A DNA stretch of 64,000 nucleotides. Source: Chthoniobacteraceae bacterium. GTDB lineage: Bacteria > Verrucomicrobiota > Verrucomicrobiia > Chthoniobacterales > Chthoniobacteraceae. This document shows positions 17,820 through 28,198 of the stretch, piece after piece; position 1 is the stretch's first letter; each line of letters opens with the position of its first letter. The position numbers and the translations under genes are program-made. The stretch lies in contig JANNXQ010000099.1 in NCBI GenBank assembly GCA_031409655.1, forward strand, positions 61,257 through 125,256, given 5' to 3'. The notes below the pieces were generated by a model. The model searched no databases and was not told the origin of the DNA. It saw only the letters and a list, made by a program, of their open reading frames with translations.

Positions 17820-18890
17820 ATGCCCAATCCCCTCTACGTCCTGATCCTCGCCGGCGGCAGCGGCGAACGCTTTTGGCCACTCAGCCGCCGCTCGCGTCCG
17901 AAGCAGCTCCTGTCGCTCTTTTCCAGCGAGACCCTGCTCGAGGCCACCATCAGACGCCTCGACGGTCTCGTCTCGCCGGACCACATCCTCATCCTCACGA
18001 ATGCGGATCAGGAAGCCGGGGTGCGCGCGCTTTGCCCGCAGTTGCCGAAGGAAAATATCGTCGCTGAGCCGGCCAAACGCGACACCGCGGCAGCGATCGC
18101 CCTCGGGGCGGGTTGGATTTCGCAGCGTGCGCCCGGGGCGATCATGGTCGTGCTGCCGGCGGATCATCTCATCAAGGATGCGGCTGGTTTTCAGGCCACT
18201 TTGCGCGTTGCCGTGGCGGCAGCGGAGACCGGCGAACTCGTGACCATCGGCATCAAGCCCACGTGGGCCTGCTCGGGCTTTGGCTACATCGAAGTGGGGG
18301 GTGCCGCGGCGATCCCCGGTGCACCGCCGGGGCCGGGCGTCTGCGACGTGGTGCGCTTCCGCGAAAAGCCGGACGCCGAGCTGGCCGAGCAGTTTCTCCG
18401 GCAGGGAAACTTTCGCTGGAACGCGGGCATGTTCATCTGGTCGATCCAGGCGATCATCAGCGCTTTCAATCGCTACGCGCCGGAGCTGGGCGAGTTCATC
18501 AGCCGCATCCATCGCGGCGGCGATCTGCCGGCGTTGCTCGCCGAGGACTTTCCGCGGCTGCCGAAAATTTCCATCGACTACGCCATCATGGAAAAAGCCG
18601 GCCGCGTGCTCATGGTCGAGTCGGGCTTCGATTGGGACGACGTCGGAAGCTGGACCGCAATCGCGAAATACCTCACCGCCGACGATGCGAGCAACCAGAG
18701 CAACGTCCCCCTCAAGGCACTCGACTCCGGCGACAACATCGTCTTCAGCGCGCAGAAGAAGACGGTCGCCCTCCTCGGCGTCCGCGATCTCATCATCATC
18801 GAAACCGCCGACGCCCTCCTCGTCTGCAATCGCCACGAAGCCGAGCGCATCAAGCAGCTCGTCACGCAGGTCCCGCCGGAGTTGCAGTGA
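17820..18890 (+). CDS. manC: Mannose-1-phosphate guanylyltransferase
   Basis: ILAGGSGERFWPLSR..PKQ, EPAKRDTA, LPADH, FREKP, WNAGMF, SIDYAIME, WDDVGSW; no PMI cupin domain. Confidence 0.92.
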   Translation: MPNPLYVLILAGGSGERFWPLSRRSRPKQLLSLFSSETLLEATIRRLDGLVSPDHILILTNADQEAGVRALCPQLPKENIVAEPAKRDTAAAIALGAGWISQRAPGAIMVVLPADHLIKDAAGFQATLRVAVAAAETGELVTIGIKPTWACSGFGYIEVGGAAAIPGAPPGPGVCDVVRFREKPDAELAEQFLRQGNFRWNAGMFIWSIQAIISAFNRYAPELGEFISRIHRGGDLPALLAEDFPRLPKISIDYAIMEKAGRVLMVESGFDWDDVGSWTAIAKYLTADDASNQSNVPLKALDSGDNIVFSAQKKTVALLGVRDLIIIETADALLVCNRHEAERIKQLVTQVPPELQ

Positions 18891-18909
18891 TCCTGAGTGG
18901 AATCGCGAC

Positions 18910-19005
18910 TTGTGAATGGTGATTGGTGAGTAGTGACTGATGAGTAGTGACTGGCTTTCGGTCGCGCTCTTTCACCATCCATTGATCACCAATCACCACT
19001 CACAA
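18910..19005. repeat. Hairpin of tandem heptamers (GGTGATT/AGTGACT-type)
   Basis: TTGTGAATGGTGATTGGTGA (18910-18929) pairs with TCACCAATCACCACTCACAA (18986-19005); further GTGA/ATGA units at 7-nt period. Confidence 0.8.
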
Positions 19006-19013
19006 TCCCGGCC

Positions 19014-19436
19014 ATGACCCGCGCCCTCGGCATCGACCACGGTGAAGCCCGCATGGGCCTCGCCATCTCCGACGAACTCGGGATGCTCGCGCATCCGCTC
19101 GAGACATTGCATTTGAAAGAGATCGCCGACCCCGTGGCGCACATCGCGGCGATCGTCGCGCGGGACAAGATCGGCACCATCGTCCTCGGCCTCCCGCGCA
19201 ACATGGACGGCAGCTATGGGCCAGCGGCGGAGAAGGTGCGCGCCTTTGGCGAAAAGCTGCGCGAGGCGTCTGGCTGCCCGGTGAAAATGTGGGACGAGCG
19301 GCTGACCACCGTCGCCGCCCAGCGCTCGCTCCACGAAGCCGGGCGCAATGCGAAGCAGAGCCGGCAGGTCATCGACCAGGTCGCCGCCGTGCTCATCTTG
19401 CAAGGCTGGCTGGATTCGCAAGCGATGCTGGGATGA
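19014..19436 (+). CDS. ruvX: YqgF/RuvX pre-16S rRNA nuclease (Holliday junction resolvase-like)
   Basis: LGIDHGEARMGLAISD, VLGLP.NMDG, WDERLTT, IDQVAA..ILQ. Confidence 0.95.
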   Translation: MTRALGIDHGEARMGLAISDELGMLAHPLETLHLKEIADPVAHIAAIVARDKIGTIVLGLPRNMDGSYGPAAEKVRAFGEKLREASGCPVKMWDERLTTVAAQRSLHEAGRNAKQSRQVIDQVAAVLILQGWLDSQAMLG

Positions 19437-19708
19437 CGACTGCGCTGGGATGGGTGCTGATCGTCGGTGGATTCGCGTGGATCGCAATGGTCTCTGCCAT
19501 GAACCCAAGTATGAGCAAAACCATGTGGTCCGATGAAATGGAACACTACCGCGAGGAAAGGAACTACAGCAGGCAGGAAGTCTTCGAGGCGATGCGTGCG
19601 GTCGGACGTTCCGTTTCCGCTGGGCTACTGTCCCCGCTGTGGGGCGGCTTGGCGATGCTCGCAGGGGCCGGACTCATCGGGCGGCGGGCGGAGAAGAAGA
19701 ATCCGTGA
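19433..19708 (+). CDS. Small hypothetical membrane protein
   Basis: ATGA overlap with ruvX and GTGA overlap with truA; two hydrophobic segments. Confidence 0.65.
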   Translation: MTTALGWVLIVGGFAWIAMVSAMNPSMSKTMWSDEMEHYREERNYSRQEVFEAMRAVGRSVSAGLLSPLWGGLAMLAGAGLIGRRAEKKNP

Positions 19709-20451
19709 GCATCGAGCGCCTACGGTTATTGCTCGCCTACGATGGTCGCCCGTTTCGCGGATGGCAGAGTCAGGCGACGAAGGATGCGGTGCAGGATTTC
19801 GTCGAGGCGGCGTTTGCGAAGATCGTTGGACGGCGCGTGGTCGTCGTCGGTTCGGGGCGGACGGATGCGGGTGTCCATGCGCTCGGGCAAGTCGCGCACG
19901 GCACGGTGCCGGCGGGAATGATGCCGACGGCGAAGTGGCGCGATGCCTTGAATGCGAATCTGCCGCCGGAGATCCGCGTGCTGCGCACGAGCGGTGCGCG
20001 GGAGAAATTCCATGCGCAGTTCGACGCGCGGGGGAAAATCTATGGGTATCGGATTTGGAACGGACCCTTCCTGCATCCGCTGGAGATCGGGCGGGCGTGG
20101 TTCGTGCCCGGCGCCGTGGATTCTGTGCGGTTGCGGGAATGCGCGCGGTTGCTCGAAGGCACCCATGACTTTGCCAGCTTTGCGGCGAATCGCGGCGAAC
20201 CGGTGGCGGACTCTGTGCGCACGATTCGCAGTATCAAGGTCACGAAGCGCGGCGCAGTGCTCACCCTGCGCTTTGAAGGCAACGGTTTCCTCTACCGCAT
20301 GGTGCGCCTGCTCACCGGTTCGCTCATCCGCTGCGCGCAACATCGCGCCGAACCGGAATATCTCACCGACCTCCTCGCCGCTCGCGGCAGCCGGAAGAGC
20401 CACTACCAAGCCCCCGCCGAAGGCCTCTACCTGGCGCGAGTCCTCTATTGA
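19705..20451 (+). CDS. truA: tRNA pseudouridine(38-40) synthase
   Basis: AYDG..F.GWQ, GRTDAGVHA, GTHDF.SF, GNGFLYRMVR, APAEGLYL. Confidence 0.96.
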   Translation: MSIERLRLLLAYDGRPFRGWQSQATKDAVQDFVEAAFAKIVGRRVVVVGSGRTDAGVHALGQVAHGTVPAGMMPTAKWRDALNANLPPEIRVLRTSGAREKFHAQFDARGKIYGYRIWNGPFLHPLEIGRAWFVPGAVDSVRLRECARLLEGTHDFASFAANRGEPVADSVRTIRSIKVTKRGAVLTLRFEGNGFLYRMVRLLTGSLIRCAQHRAEPEYLTDLLAARGSRKSHYQAPAEGLYLARVLY

Positions 20452-20457
20452 GGAGCT

Positions 20458-21030
20458 TCAGTTCGCCGTCACCGGAGCCTTCGCTTCTCCCACGGTCTTG
20501 CCGCCAGAAGGCCGCACGATGATCGCGTATTTGTCGTAAGCAAAACTCACCCCGGCCAGTCCCCCGATGTACCGCAGCACCTCGGTGAAGGGAATGTTCG
20601 TGAGGTTCAACGTGACCTTTGCGGTTGCCGCCTGCTCGTCCGGGAGTTGCATGACGAAGTTCACTGGCTGCTGATTGTTGGGCATGTCGTTCACCTTCTT
20701 CCGGAGAAACTCGAGCGTCTCGCGCAGCGTCGCTTCCTTGAACTCGATGTTCGGGATGATGATCGCCGCGAGCTTCTTCTCCACCGCACCCGCGCCGCCT
20801 TTTTGCGCCTGCTCGACCTGGATGCGCCGGAGAAAGGCGATGGCCGTCTGGTTGCGCGGATCGAGTTTGTTCACCATCTGGAAGTTCGCTTTCGCACCTT
20901 CAATGTCGCCGCGCATGTAAGCCGTCTGCGCTTCGGTGAGGAGCGTCTGCACTTCATTCGGCGCCGCCATCGCGCTCGGAAGTGTGACCAATAGCAAGGT
21001 GACCGCGCTGAGGAACTGGAGGGTTTTCAT
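20458..21030 (-). CDS. Exported protein with a TPR-like hairpin and an STN/secretin-N-like domain
   Basis: Signal peptide; LDPRNQTA helical repeat; IIIPNIEFKEATLRETLEFL and VTLNLTNIPFTEVLRYI resemble secretin N-domains. Confidence 0.65.
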   Translation of the reverse strand: MKTLQFLSAVTLLLVTLPSAMAAPNEVQTLLTEAQTAYMRGDIEGAKANFQMVNKLDPRNQTAIAFLRRIQVEQAQKGGAGAVEKKLAAIIIPNIEFKEATLRETLEFLRKKVNDMPNNQQPVNFVMQLPDEQAATAKVTLNLTNIPFTEVLRYIGGLAGVSFAYDKYAIIVRPSGGKTVGEAKAPVTAN

Positions 21031-21133
21031 GGGAACAGCATGGCCCAAAAACTGCCAAATGCCAAACTCCTCGCCGGGTTGCGCGGCGCTTTCGCTTTCA
21101 CTTTCCGTCCGCCGCTTTCAGGGTGCGCGATTC

Positions 21134-22021
21134 GTGAACGTGCCTCCGTCTTACTTCATCCCACTCGGCTCGGCGCTGGGCTACGGCGTCGCGGCGCTGA
21201 TGCTCAAGCGCGCGACGGAGCGTGGCGCGGGTTCGTGGCGCGTGAGCTTCATCGCCAACTGGGTGCTCGCCGCCGTCTTTGGCCTGCTCTGGTTTTGGCC
21301 TGCGGAAAATCCCGCCAGCGCGTTGAATGTGGGGCACGCCGCCATCACCGGCGGGATCTTTTTCATTGGCCAGGTCTTCACCTTCCTCGCCCTCAGCCGC
21401 GGCGCTGTCTCGGTGGCCACGCCGGTGCTGGGGTCGAAGGTGATTTTCGTCGCGTTTTTCGCCGCGCTCCTGGGTGACTCAGAGGCCACACCCACGATGT
21501 GGGCCGCCGTCCTGCTCACCGCCGTCGCGACGGCCCTGCTCGGTGGCGGCGGCAGTGTGAAGCAGCGCGAAGTGATCCTGCGCAGCATGCTCTACGGCTT
21601 CTGCGCGGCCTCGGCGTTTGCTCTGACCGATGTGCTCCAGCAGCGCTGGGTGCCGCTCTGGGGCTTCTCCCATTACGCACCCACGCAGTTCCTCACCGTG
21701 GCGCTGCTCTCGTTCGGACTCGTTCCTTTCTTCCGCGGCCCACTGCGCGAGCTTTCGCCATCGGCCTGGCGCTGGGCGCTCGCCGGCGGGACGATCCTGG
21801 GCGTGCAAGCTGCCGGTGTCGCCTGGGGCATCGTCTTCATCGGCGCCACCGTCACCAATGTGCTCTACAACTCCCGCGGGATGTGGAGCGTCGTGCTGGT
21901 GTGGACGATTGGACATTGGTTCAGCAACGTGGAGCGCGCCCAAGGCCGCGCGGTGATGGTCCGCCGACTCGCCGGCTCACTCCTGCTGCTCGCGGCCATC
22001 GCGCTGATCGTGCGCCGGTAG
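21134..22021 (+). CDS. DMT/EamA family transporter
   Basis: About ten TM helices in two repeats; [15 protein letters not shown] start chosen at 21134. Confidence 0.8.
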   Translation: MNVPPSYFIPLGSALGYGVAALMLKRATERGAGSWRVSFIANWVLAAVFGLLWFWPAENPASALNVGHAAITGGIFFIGQVFTFLALSRGAVSVATPVLGSKVIFVAFFAALLGDSEATPTMWAAVLLTAVATALLGGGGSVKQREVILRSMLYGFCAASAFALTDVLQQRWVPLWGFSHYAPTQFLTVALLSFGLVPFFRGPLRELSPSAWRWALAGGTILGVQAAGVAWGIVFIGATVTNVLYNSRGMWSVVLVWTIGHWFSNVERAQGRAVMVRRLAGSLLLLAAIALIVRR

Positions 22022-22076
22022 TCGCGGAAAAATCCGTTTTCCAACGCGCCGTTCGGACCCTACAACTCGCGGCCCT

Positions 22077-23366
22077 ATGAAAATCGTCCTCGCATATTCC
22101 GGTGGTCTCGACACGTCCGTGCTCCTCGCCTGGATCAAGGAAACGTATCAGGCCGAGGTCGTCGCTTATTGCGCGGATGTCGGGCAGGAGGAGGAACTCG
22201 ACGGACTCGAAGCCAAGGCGCTGGGCACGGGGGCGAGCAAGATTTACATCGAGAACCTGTGTGAGGAATTCGCGAGCGATTTCATTTATCCGATGATGCA
22301 GGCGGGGGCGATTTACGAGGGGCAATACTTTCTCGGCACTTCGATCGCCCGGCCGTGCATCGGCAAGAAGATGGTGGAGATCGCGCGGCAGGAAGGGGCG
22401 GATGCGATCGCGCACGGAGCGACGGGGAAGGGGAATGATCAGGTGCGCTTTGAACTCACCGCGGCAGCGCTGGCGCCGGAGCTCGAAGTGATCGCGCCGT
22501 GGCGGCAGGATCGGTTTCGCGAACAGTTTCCGGGTCGCGCGGAGATGATCGCTTACTGCGAGGCGAAGGGCATCCCGGTGCAGGCGAGCGCGAAGAAGCC
22601 TTACTCGATGGATCGCAATCTTCTGCACATCAGCTTTGAAGCCGGCATCCTCGAAGACCCGTGGTATGACGCGAGCGCGGAGAAGGCGCGCGACATGTAT
22701 GTCCTGAGCGTCTCGCCGGAAGAGGCGCCGGATAAGGCGGAGTATGTTGAGCTTTCCTTTGAGCAGGGGCTTTGCACGGCGGTGGGTTATCACGAGATCG
22801 AAGCGGCGCTTGCGGAGCTTGGTTACAATGGTGCGCTCAAATTCAATGCCGAGAAGCACGCGATCCTCTCGCCTTACTGGGTGATGAAGGTGCTGAACAA
22901 ACTCGGCGGACGGCACGGCTGCGGGCGCGTGGACATGGTCGAAAATCGTTTCGTGGGGATGAAATCGCGCGGGGTGTACGAGACGCCGGGCGGCTCGATC
23001 CTGCACTTCGGCCATCGGCAGATCGAGTCGCTGACCATGGATCGCGAAGTGATGCACCTGCGCGACTCGCTCGTCCCGCGCTACGCGGCGCTGGTCTACA
23101 ATGGCTTCTGGTTTGCGCCGGAGCGGGATGCCCTGCAGGCGCTCGTCACCGAGACGCAGAAAAATGTGCGCGGCGTCGTGCGGATGAAACTTTACAAGGG
23201 GAACATCATCGCCGCTGGACGCAAGTCGCCGGTGAGCCTCTACAATCCGCACATCGCCACGATGGAGGCTGATCCGACGAAGGCGTACAATCAGAACGAC
23301 GCCACGGGCTTCATCGCGCTGAATGCGCTCCGACTCAAAGTCGCCGCCCGCGTGCATCGGGGGTAG
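22077..23366 (+). CDS. argG: Argininosuccinate synthase
   Basis: [56 protein letters not shown]. Confidence 0.98.
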   Translation: MKIVLAYSGGLDTSVLLAWIKETYQAEVVAYCADVGQEEELDGLEAKALGTGASKIYIENLCEEFASDFIYPMMQAGAIYEGQYFLGTSIARPCIGKKMVEIARQEGADAIAHGATGKGNDQVRFELTAAALAPELEVIAPWRQDRFREQFPGRAEMIAYCEAKGIPVQASAKKPYSMDRNLLHISFEAGILEDPWYDASAEKARDMYVLSVSPEEAPDKAEYVELSFEQGLCTAVGYHEIEAALAELGYNGALKFNAEKHAILSPYWVMKVLNKLGGRHGCGRVDMVENRFVGMKSRGVYETPGGSILHFGHRQIESLTMDREVMHLRDSLVPRYAALVYNGFWFAPERDALQALVTETQKNVRGVVRMKLYKGNIIAAGRKSPVSLYNPHIATMEADPTKAYNQNDATGFIALNALRLKVAARVHRG

Positions 23367-23371
23367 CCGCG

Positions 23372-24520
23372 ATGCGCCGCTTTCTTCACGCGTTCGCACT
23401 CTCCAAGATTGCACCTGCATTGGTGGTGCTCGCCATGGTCTTCACCGGGCACGCTCAGACGACTGCACCAGTCGCCGAGTTGCTCGAAAACATCCGTGCA
23501 AAATATAAATTGCCGGCCCTCGCGGCGGCGGTGATGAAGGATGGCAAGATACTGGCGATCGAGGCGGTGGGCGTGCGCAAGTGGGGTGATGCGATGCCCA
23601 CGACGGCGGAGGATAAATGGCACATCGGCTCGTGTACCAAGTCGATGACGGCGACGCTCGCGGCGATGCTCGTCGAGGACGGGAAAATCGGGTGGGGCAC
23701 GAAGATCGGCGACGTTTTCCCGGAATGGAGCGAGACGATGGAGCCGGACTGGCGCAACGTCGCGCTGGAGCATCTGCTCGCGCATCGCGGTGGCGTGCCG
23801 ACGGAGCCGCCGGCAAACCTTTGGCAGAACGCCTGGCGGGCCATCGGGACACCGACGGAGCAGCGGCTGGACTTTGTGCGAGGGCTTCTCCTGCGGCGTC
23901 CGGTGGCCAAGCCGGGCGAGAAGATGATCTACTCAAATCAAGGCTACGCCATCGCCGGAGCGATGCTGGAGCGGGCCGCCGGTCGGCCTTGGGAGCAGTT
24001 GCTGCGGGAGCGTTTGTTCCAGCCGCTCGGGATGAACTCAGCGGGCTTCGGCGCCCCCGGCGATGCGAAGAAGCTGGACCAACCGTGGGGCCATAGACTC
24101 AACGGCGCGGAGCCGGTGCCCGTGCTGCCGGGGCCGGGGGCGGACAATCCGGTCGCGATCGGCCCGGCGGGCACGGTGCATTGCTCGATCGGCGACCTGG
24201 CCCGCTACGCCGCCTGGCAGGCGCAGCCGATTCGCACCACGGCGCGGATCCTCGGACCGGCGAGTTTTGAAAAGCTGCACACGCCGCCCGCGGGTGGGGA
24301 TTACGCGCTGGGCTGGGTGGTGGCGAAACGCGATTGGGCCGGTGGCAAGACACTCATGCACAATGGCTCGAACACGATGTGGTTTGCGGTGATGTGGCTG
24401 GCTCCGGCGAAGAATCTGGCGCTGGTGGCCGCGACGAATATCGGGGGGAAGGAGGCGCAGAAAGGCTGCGACGAGGCCGTCACTGCCTTGCTGCGGCAGG
24501 TGGTGAAGGGCGCTCAGTAG
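23372..24520 (+). CDS. Exported serine hydrolase, beta-lactamase class C/peptidase S12 family
   Basis: Signal peptide; SxxK (GSCTK), LLAHRGG, YSN, PLGM, HNGS. Confidence 0.9.
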   Translation: MRRFLHAFALSKIAPALVVLAMVFTGHAQTTAPVAELLENIRAKYKLPALAAAVMKDGKILAIEAVGVRKWGDAMPTTAEDKWHIGSCTKSMTATLAAMLVEDGKIGWGTKIGDVFPEWSETMEPDWRNVALEHLLAHRGGVPTEPPANLWQNAWRAIGTPTEQRLDFVRGLLLRRPVAKPGEKMIYSNQGYAIAGAMLERAAGRPWEQLLRERLFQPLGMNSAGFGAPGDAKKLDQPWGHRLNGAEPVPVLPGPGADNPVAIGPAGTVHCSIGDLARYAAWQAQPIRTTARILGPASFEKLHTPPAGGDYALGWVVAKRDWAGGKTLMHNGSNTMWFAVMWLAPAKNLALVAATNIGGKEAQKGCDEAVTALLRQVVKGAQ

Positions 24521-24846
24521 CGCGGCACTGCGGGATCGATCTCCAGCGACCAGGCGTCGATCCCGCCGACGACATTGTGGACGTCCGTAAAACCGGACCG
24601 CAGCAGGAAGGCCGTGGCCTGCGCGGAGCGTCCGCCGTGATGACACTGGATGAGCAGCGGTGCAGCGGGATCGGTCAATTTCTCCTGAGCGATGGCGGGC
24701 CACTGGGAGAGCGGGAGTAACTCGGCACCTTCAATCCGAGCGATGGCCCACTCGTCCTCCTCGCGCACGTCGATCAAGCGCGGCAGCTGTGCTCCGGTGA
24801 GGCGCGCGTGCGCCTCGGCGACGCTGATTTCAGGGACGGACGGCAT
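24514..24846 (-). CDS. Single-domain rhodanese (sulfurtransferase)
   Basis: LIDVRE..EW, CHHGGRS, GGIDAWS..IDP.VPRY; TGATG coupling to the upstream gene. Confidence 0.92.
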   Translation of the reverse strand: MPSVPEISVAEAHARLTGAQLPRLIDVREEDEWAIARIEGAELLPLSQWPAIAQEKLTDPAAPLLIQCHHGGRSAQATAFLLRSGFTDVHNVVGGIDAWSLEIDPAVPRY

Positions 24847-25445
24847 CAGTGGACGACCTGCACCGGCGTTCCGACGGACACGTGGGCAAAGAACTTCTCC
24901 GCCATGAAGCCCGGCATCCGGATGCACCCGTGTGAGGCAGCGTAGCCGGGCAGAAAACCTTCGTGCATTCCCACGCCGCCCGTGAAGCGCATGAAGAAGG
25001 GCATTTTCGCACCGTCGTAAATCGCTCCCGGCGGTCGCTTGTCCTTCGTCGTGTCGATGTCCTTCTTCACGATGTTGCCCTCCCGATCCACGTAGTTGCC
25101 GTAGAGCGACGAGACGTGGTCGCGGTTCTTTTGCAGGATCTTGTAGCTGCCGGTGGGCGTCGCGAATCCTTCCCGGCCGGTGGAAATCACCGACACGCCC
25201 ACGAGTTCACCGCTCTTGTAGAAAAAGGCTTTCTGCTCCCCGAGGTCGATCTTGACCATGGGCGAGCCCGCCACCGAGTCGCCATCCCAGTAGGAGACAT
25301 TGTCAAAATTTGCCCGCTGCGGCTGCGGAGTCCGGCGATAGCCGCCGACGTACACGGTCTCATCGCTGAACCGCGGATCGCGCGAACCGCAGCCCGCGAA
25401 GAGCACAATGAGGAGGAGGAGAAAGACGCTGCTGGTGAATCGCAT
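24846..25445 (-). CDS. L,D-transpeptidase (YkuD) lipoprotein
   Basis: Lipobox FAGC; ISTGREG..TP.G; HEG..PGYAASHGCIRM. Confidence 0.92.
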   Translation of the reverse strand: MRFTSSVFLLLLIVLFAGCGSRDPRFSDETVYVGGYRRTPQPQRANFDNVSYWDGDSVAGSPMVKIDLGEQKAFFYKSGELVGVSVISTGREGFATPTGSYKILQKNRDHVSSLYGNYVDREGNIVKKDIDTTKDKRPPGAIYDGAKMPFFMRFTGGVGMHEGFLPGYAASHGCIRMPGFMAEKFFAHVSVGTPVQVVH

Positions 25446-25516
25446 TGAGGCTCGGGAATTTTGAGTGGCGCGCAATAGAACGGGGCTAGCGGGGAGCGTC
25501 AAGGGTGGAGGGGGTG

Positions 25517-25598
<82 letters not shown>

Positions 25599-25699
25599 CG
25601 CCGGCCCTCATTTCCCCTCCTCCGGCCCCTTCCCAAATCGCCGCTTTGCGGCTCGGCACCGCGTCTGCTATAGGAGCGGCCCAGTTTTTCCTCAACCCA

Positions 25700-26047
25700 A
25701 TGCCGACCTACGATTACGAGTGCGAGAAATGCAAAAAGCCTTTCGAGATTTATCAATCGATGAAGGATGACGCCCTCAAGACGTGCCCGAAAGAGGCCTG
25801 CCGGATGAAGACCTGGGGCAAAGGGAAAGTGCGCCGCTGTCTTGGGACAGGCGCCGGGTTAATCTTCAAGGGCTCAGGATTTTACATCACCGACTATCGC
25901 AGCGAGGGCTACAAGGCTTCGGCCAAGAGTGACTCCAGCGCGGCGGAGACGAAAGCTGCGGAGCCAGCGAAGGCCGAGGCGCCGGCCGCCAAGCCCGCTC
26001 CCGCCCCGGCCGAGAAGCCCGCGAAAAAGAAACAACCCTCAAAATAA
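25700..26047 (+). CDS. FmdB family zinc-ribbon protein
   Basis: MPTYDYECEKC...FE..QSM...CP, FKGSGFY.TDY; Ala/Lys/Pro tail. Confidence 0.92.
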   Translation: MPTYDYECEKCKKPFEIYQSMKDDALKTCPKEACRMKTWGKGKVRRCLGTGAGLIFKGSGFYITDYRSEGYKASAKSDSSAAETKAAEPAKAEAPAAKPAPAPAEKPAKKKQPSK

Positions 26048-26812
26048 ATGGCGATCCCGGAAGTAAAACTCACCTGCGGGCAATGTGGCTACGCCAACGA
26101 GCCGGAGCGCGTCTATTGCCACAACTGTGGCTCCAAACTCGACCGTTCGGTGCTCCCAAAGGACGAAGGCAAAAAGAAAGACGAGACGCCCGAGACGGCC
26201 CGGAAGCGCATCGCCAAGATGACGAACCCGAGTTCCACGAGCGTGGGTCGGGAGCTGTTCACATTTGTAAAAGTGGTGGCAGGCGCGGCGGCCTGTGCGG
26301 CGCTGTTCCTCACCGCGCTGAAGCCGGAAGACGTGCCGGAGACGAAGAGCGACATGCTGCCGCGGATGATTTCCATGGAGCTCGCCGATACCCTGGCAAT
26401 CCCGGCGCCGCGGTCGATCACCTTCACCGAGGCCGACGTGAATGCGCATCTTTTGAAGACGGTAAAGGCGAAGGAGGGGACCGTGCCCGGGGTCGAGTTC
26501 AAGCGGATGTTTGTGAACTTCCTCGGCGGCGATGTGCTCCGGGTCGGCACGGAACAATCGCTCTGGGGCTACCCGATCTACTCGGGGATGCAGTTCAAGC
26601 TCGGGGTCGCCGGCGGCAAGCTGAACGCGGAGTGTGTCGGCGGAAATTTCGGCCGTCTCAAGGTCCATCCCACCATCATGAAGTACGCGGACTTCGCTTT
26701 CCAAAAACTCTGGACGGCGCTCAAGCGCGATCGCGACCAGATGGACCGGATGCAAAGCGTGAAGGTCGAGAAGGGGAGCATCCAGCTCGTCACCAAAGGA
26801 ACGCCGCGGTGA
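26048..26812 (+). CDS. Hypothetical protein with an N-terminal zinc ribbon and one TM
   Basis: CGQCG.....YCHNCG; hydrophobic VVAGAAACAALFL; starts immediately after the FmdB stop. Confidence 0.8.
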   Translation: MAIPEVKLTCGQCGYANEPERVYCHNCGSKLDRSVLPKDEGKKKDETPETARKRIAKMTNPSSTSVGRELFTFVKVVAGAAACAALFLTALKPEDVPETKSDMLPRMISMELADTLAIPAPRSITFTEADVNAHLLKTVKAKEGTVPGVEFKRMFVNFLGGDVLRVGTEQSLWGYPIYSGMQFKLGVAGGKLNAECVGGNFGRLKVHPTIMKYADFAFQKLWTALKRDRDQMDRMQSVKVEKGSIQLVTKGTPR

Positions 26813-28110
26813 AACGCGGTCTGCTGCTCGCCCTCGCCGGATCGCTGGCGATGCTGTCGGCGGAAGCCGTGGACCCGCGCCAGCGCAGCGACAGCAGTTC
26901 GCGGCAGTTCACCGTGTACTGCGAAGACACGGCGCTCCGGCAGCGGGTGGCCAGTTTTGCGGAGGAGGTCAAAGGGGATCTCATCCGGCTGCTCGGTGAA
27001 GAGCGCGACACGGATCGCTGGCGGGCGCCGATCGTCATCACGCTGGCCCCGAGAAAGACGGCGGAGTACGGCTTGCCGCCGGTGGTGGTGCGGCCAGTGC
27101 AGAGCGATTTCGGGTTCCGGGTGGAGATCCAGGTGCGCATCGGCTCGGACCCGGCGGACGTTTTCCTCCAGAAGCAAATCCTCCGCGCGCTGCTGCTCAC
27201 TTATTCGTACGGCAGCGCTGGGATCAAACCGGACGAGGTTTTTGTGGAGGCGCCGTGGTGGGTCGTGGAAGGAGCGCTCCAGATGTTTCGCCGCCGCGAT
27301 CAGGGCGTGGATACCGCGCTTTTCAAAAAACTCGTGGCCACCGGCCTCCTCCCGCCGATCGACGAATTCCTCATCGAGAAGCCACCCGAGATCGGTCCCA
27401 CGGCGCTGGCCATGGACCATTCCTGCGCCATGGCTTTGCTCGATCTGCTCATCGAGCAGCCGCGCGGACGGGGCAGCCTCGCCCAGCTCATTCGCGATTG
27501 GCCGCGGGGCACGCAGGAGCCGATCGCCGCGCTCGCCGCGGCTTTCCCCGCGCTGACGGATCGCGAGACGATCCAGCGCTGGTGGACGGTGAGTATCGCG
27601 CGGCTGGCGGCGGCGGATCGTTACACGGGGCTGACTTTGGACGAGACGGATCGCGAGCTGACCGAAAAGCTGCGCGTCACCGTGACCATCGACAAGGCCG
27701 GGAAGCGCCGCACCTTTGACGTCAGCGAGTACCGGGATTTTGTGAAGTTGAAGTCGAGTCGCGACGCCTTGCTCGCCAGCGAAAAGTCGCTCGTCGCGCT
27801 CGGTGCCTCCGCCAATCCGCTCTTTCGCCCCGTCATCGCCGAGTATCAGCAAATCGTGACTGCGCTCGCTGCCGGAAAGACGCGGGGGATCGACGAGCGT
27901 CTGGCGAAAGTCGCGACGTATCGCCAGCAGGTGATCGAGCGGATGGCGAAGATCATCGACTACCTGAACTGGTATGAAGCCACCCAGATCGGCACCCGCA
28001 CGGGCGCCTTTGATAATTACCTGAAAACGGTGCGGGAGATCGAAAAGCAGGAGGGGAAGGCGTCCGAGCAGATCACGAAGTACCTCGACCAACTCGAAGG
28101 CGAGCTGTGA
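26809..28110 (+). CDS. Hypothetical exported protein
   Basis: GTGA overlap; signal peptide KRGLLLALAGSLAMLSAEA; PWWVVEG motif; helical C-terminus; typical codon usage. Confidence 0.75.
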   Translation: MKRGLLLALAGSLAMLSAEAVDPRQRSDSSSRQFTVYCEDTALRQRVASFAEEVKGDLIRLLGEERDTDRWRAPIVITLAPRKTAEYGLPPVVVRPVQSDFGFRVEIQVRIGSDPADVFLQKQILRALLLTYSYGSAGIKPDEVFVEAPWWVVEGALQMFRRRDQGVDTALFKKLVATGLLPPIDEFLIEKPPEIGPTALAMDHSCAMALLDLLIEQPRGRGSLAQLIRDWPRGTQEPIAALAAAFPALTDRETIQRWWTVSIARLAAADRYTGLTLDETDRELTEKLRVTVTIDKAGKRRTFDVSEYRDFVKLKSSRDALLASEKSLVALGASANPLFRPVIAEYQQIVTALAAGKTRGIDERLAKVATYRQQVIERMAKIIDYLNWYEATQIGTRTGAFDNYLKTVREIEKQEGKASEQITKYLDQLEGEL

Positions 28111-28198
28111 GGCTGGGGAGGATCGAAACGCGGGATTTGTGCGGCGGTCCTCAACTTCAACTTCCCTTCACTCCGCGGCTCGCTAGGCTCCCCTCCCG

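Noticed and set aside
21043..21057. Sigma54 promoter for the secretin-N-like gene
   Set aside because: GG-N10-GC spacing is present on the minus strand, but the -12 element lacks TTGC; too weak to call.
23372..24520. Antibiotic-resistance beta-lactamase
   Set aside because: The motifs only place it in the broad S12 serine hydrolase family; substrate cannot be inferred and there is no mobile context.
26083..26808. N-terminal 242 aa of the 675-aa ORF
   Set aside because: Overlaps the zinc-ribbon gene in another frame; a signal peptide begins at GTG 26809.
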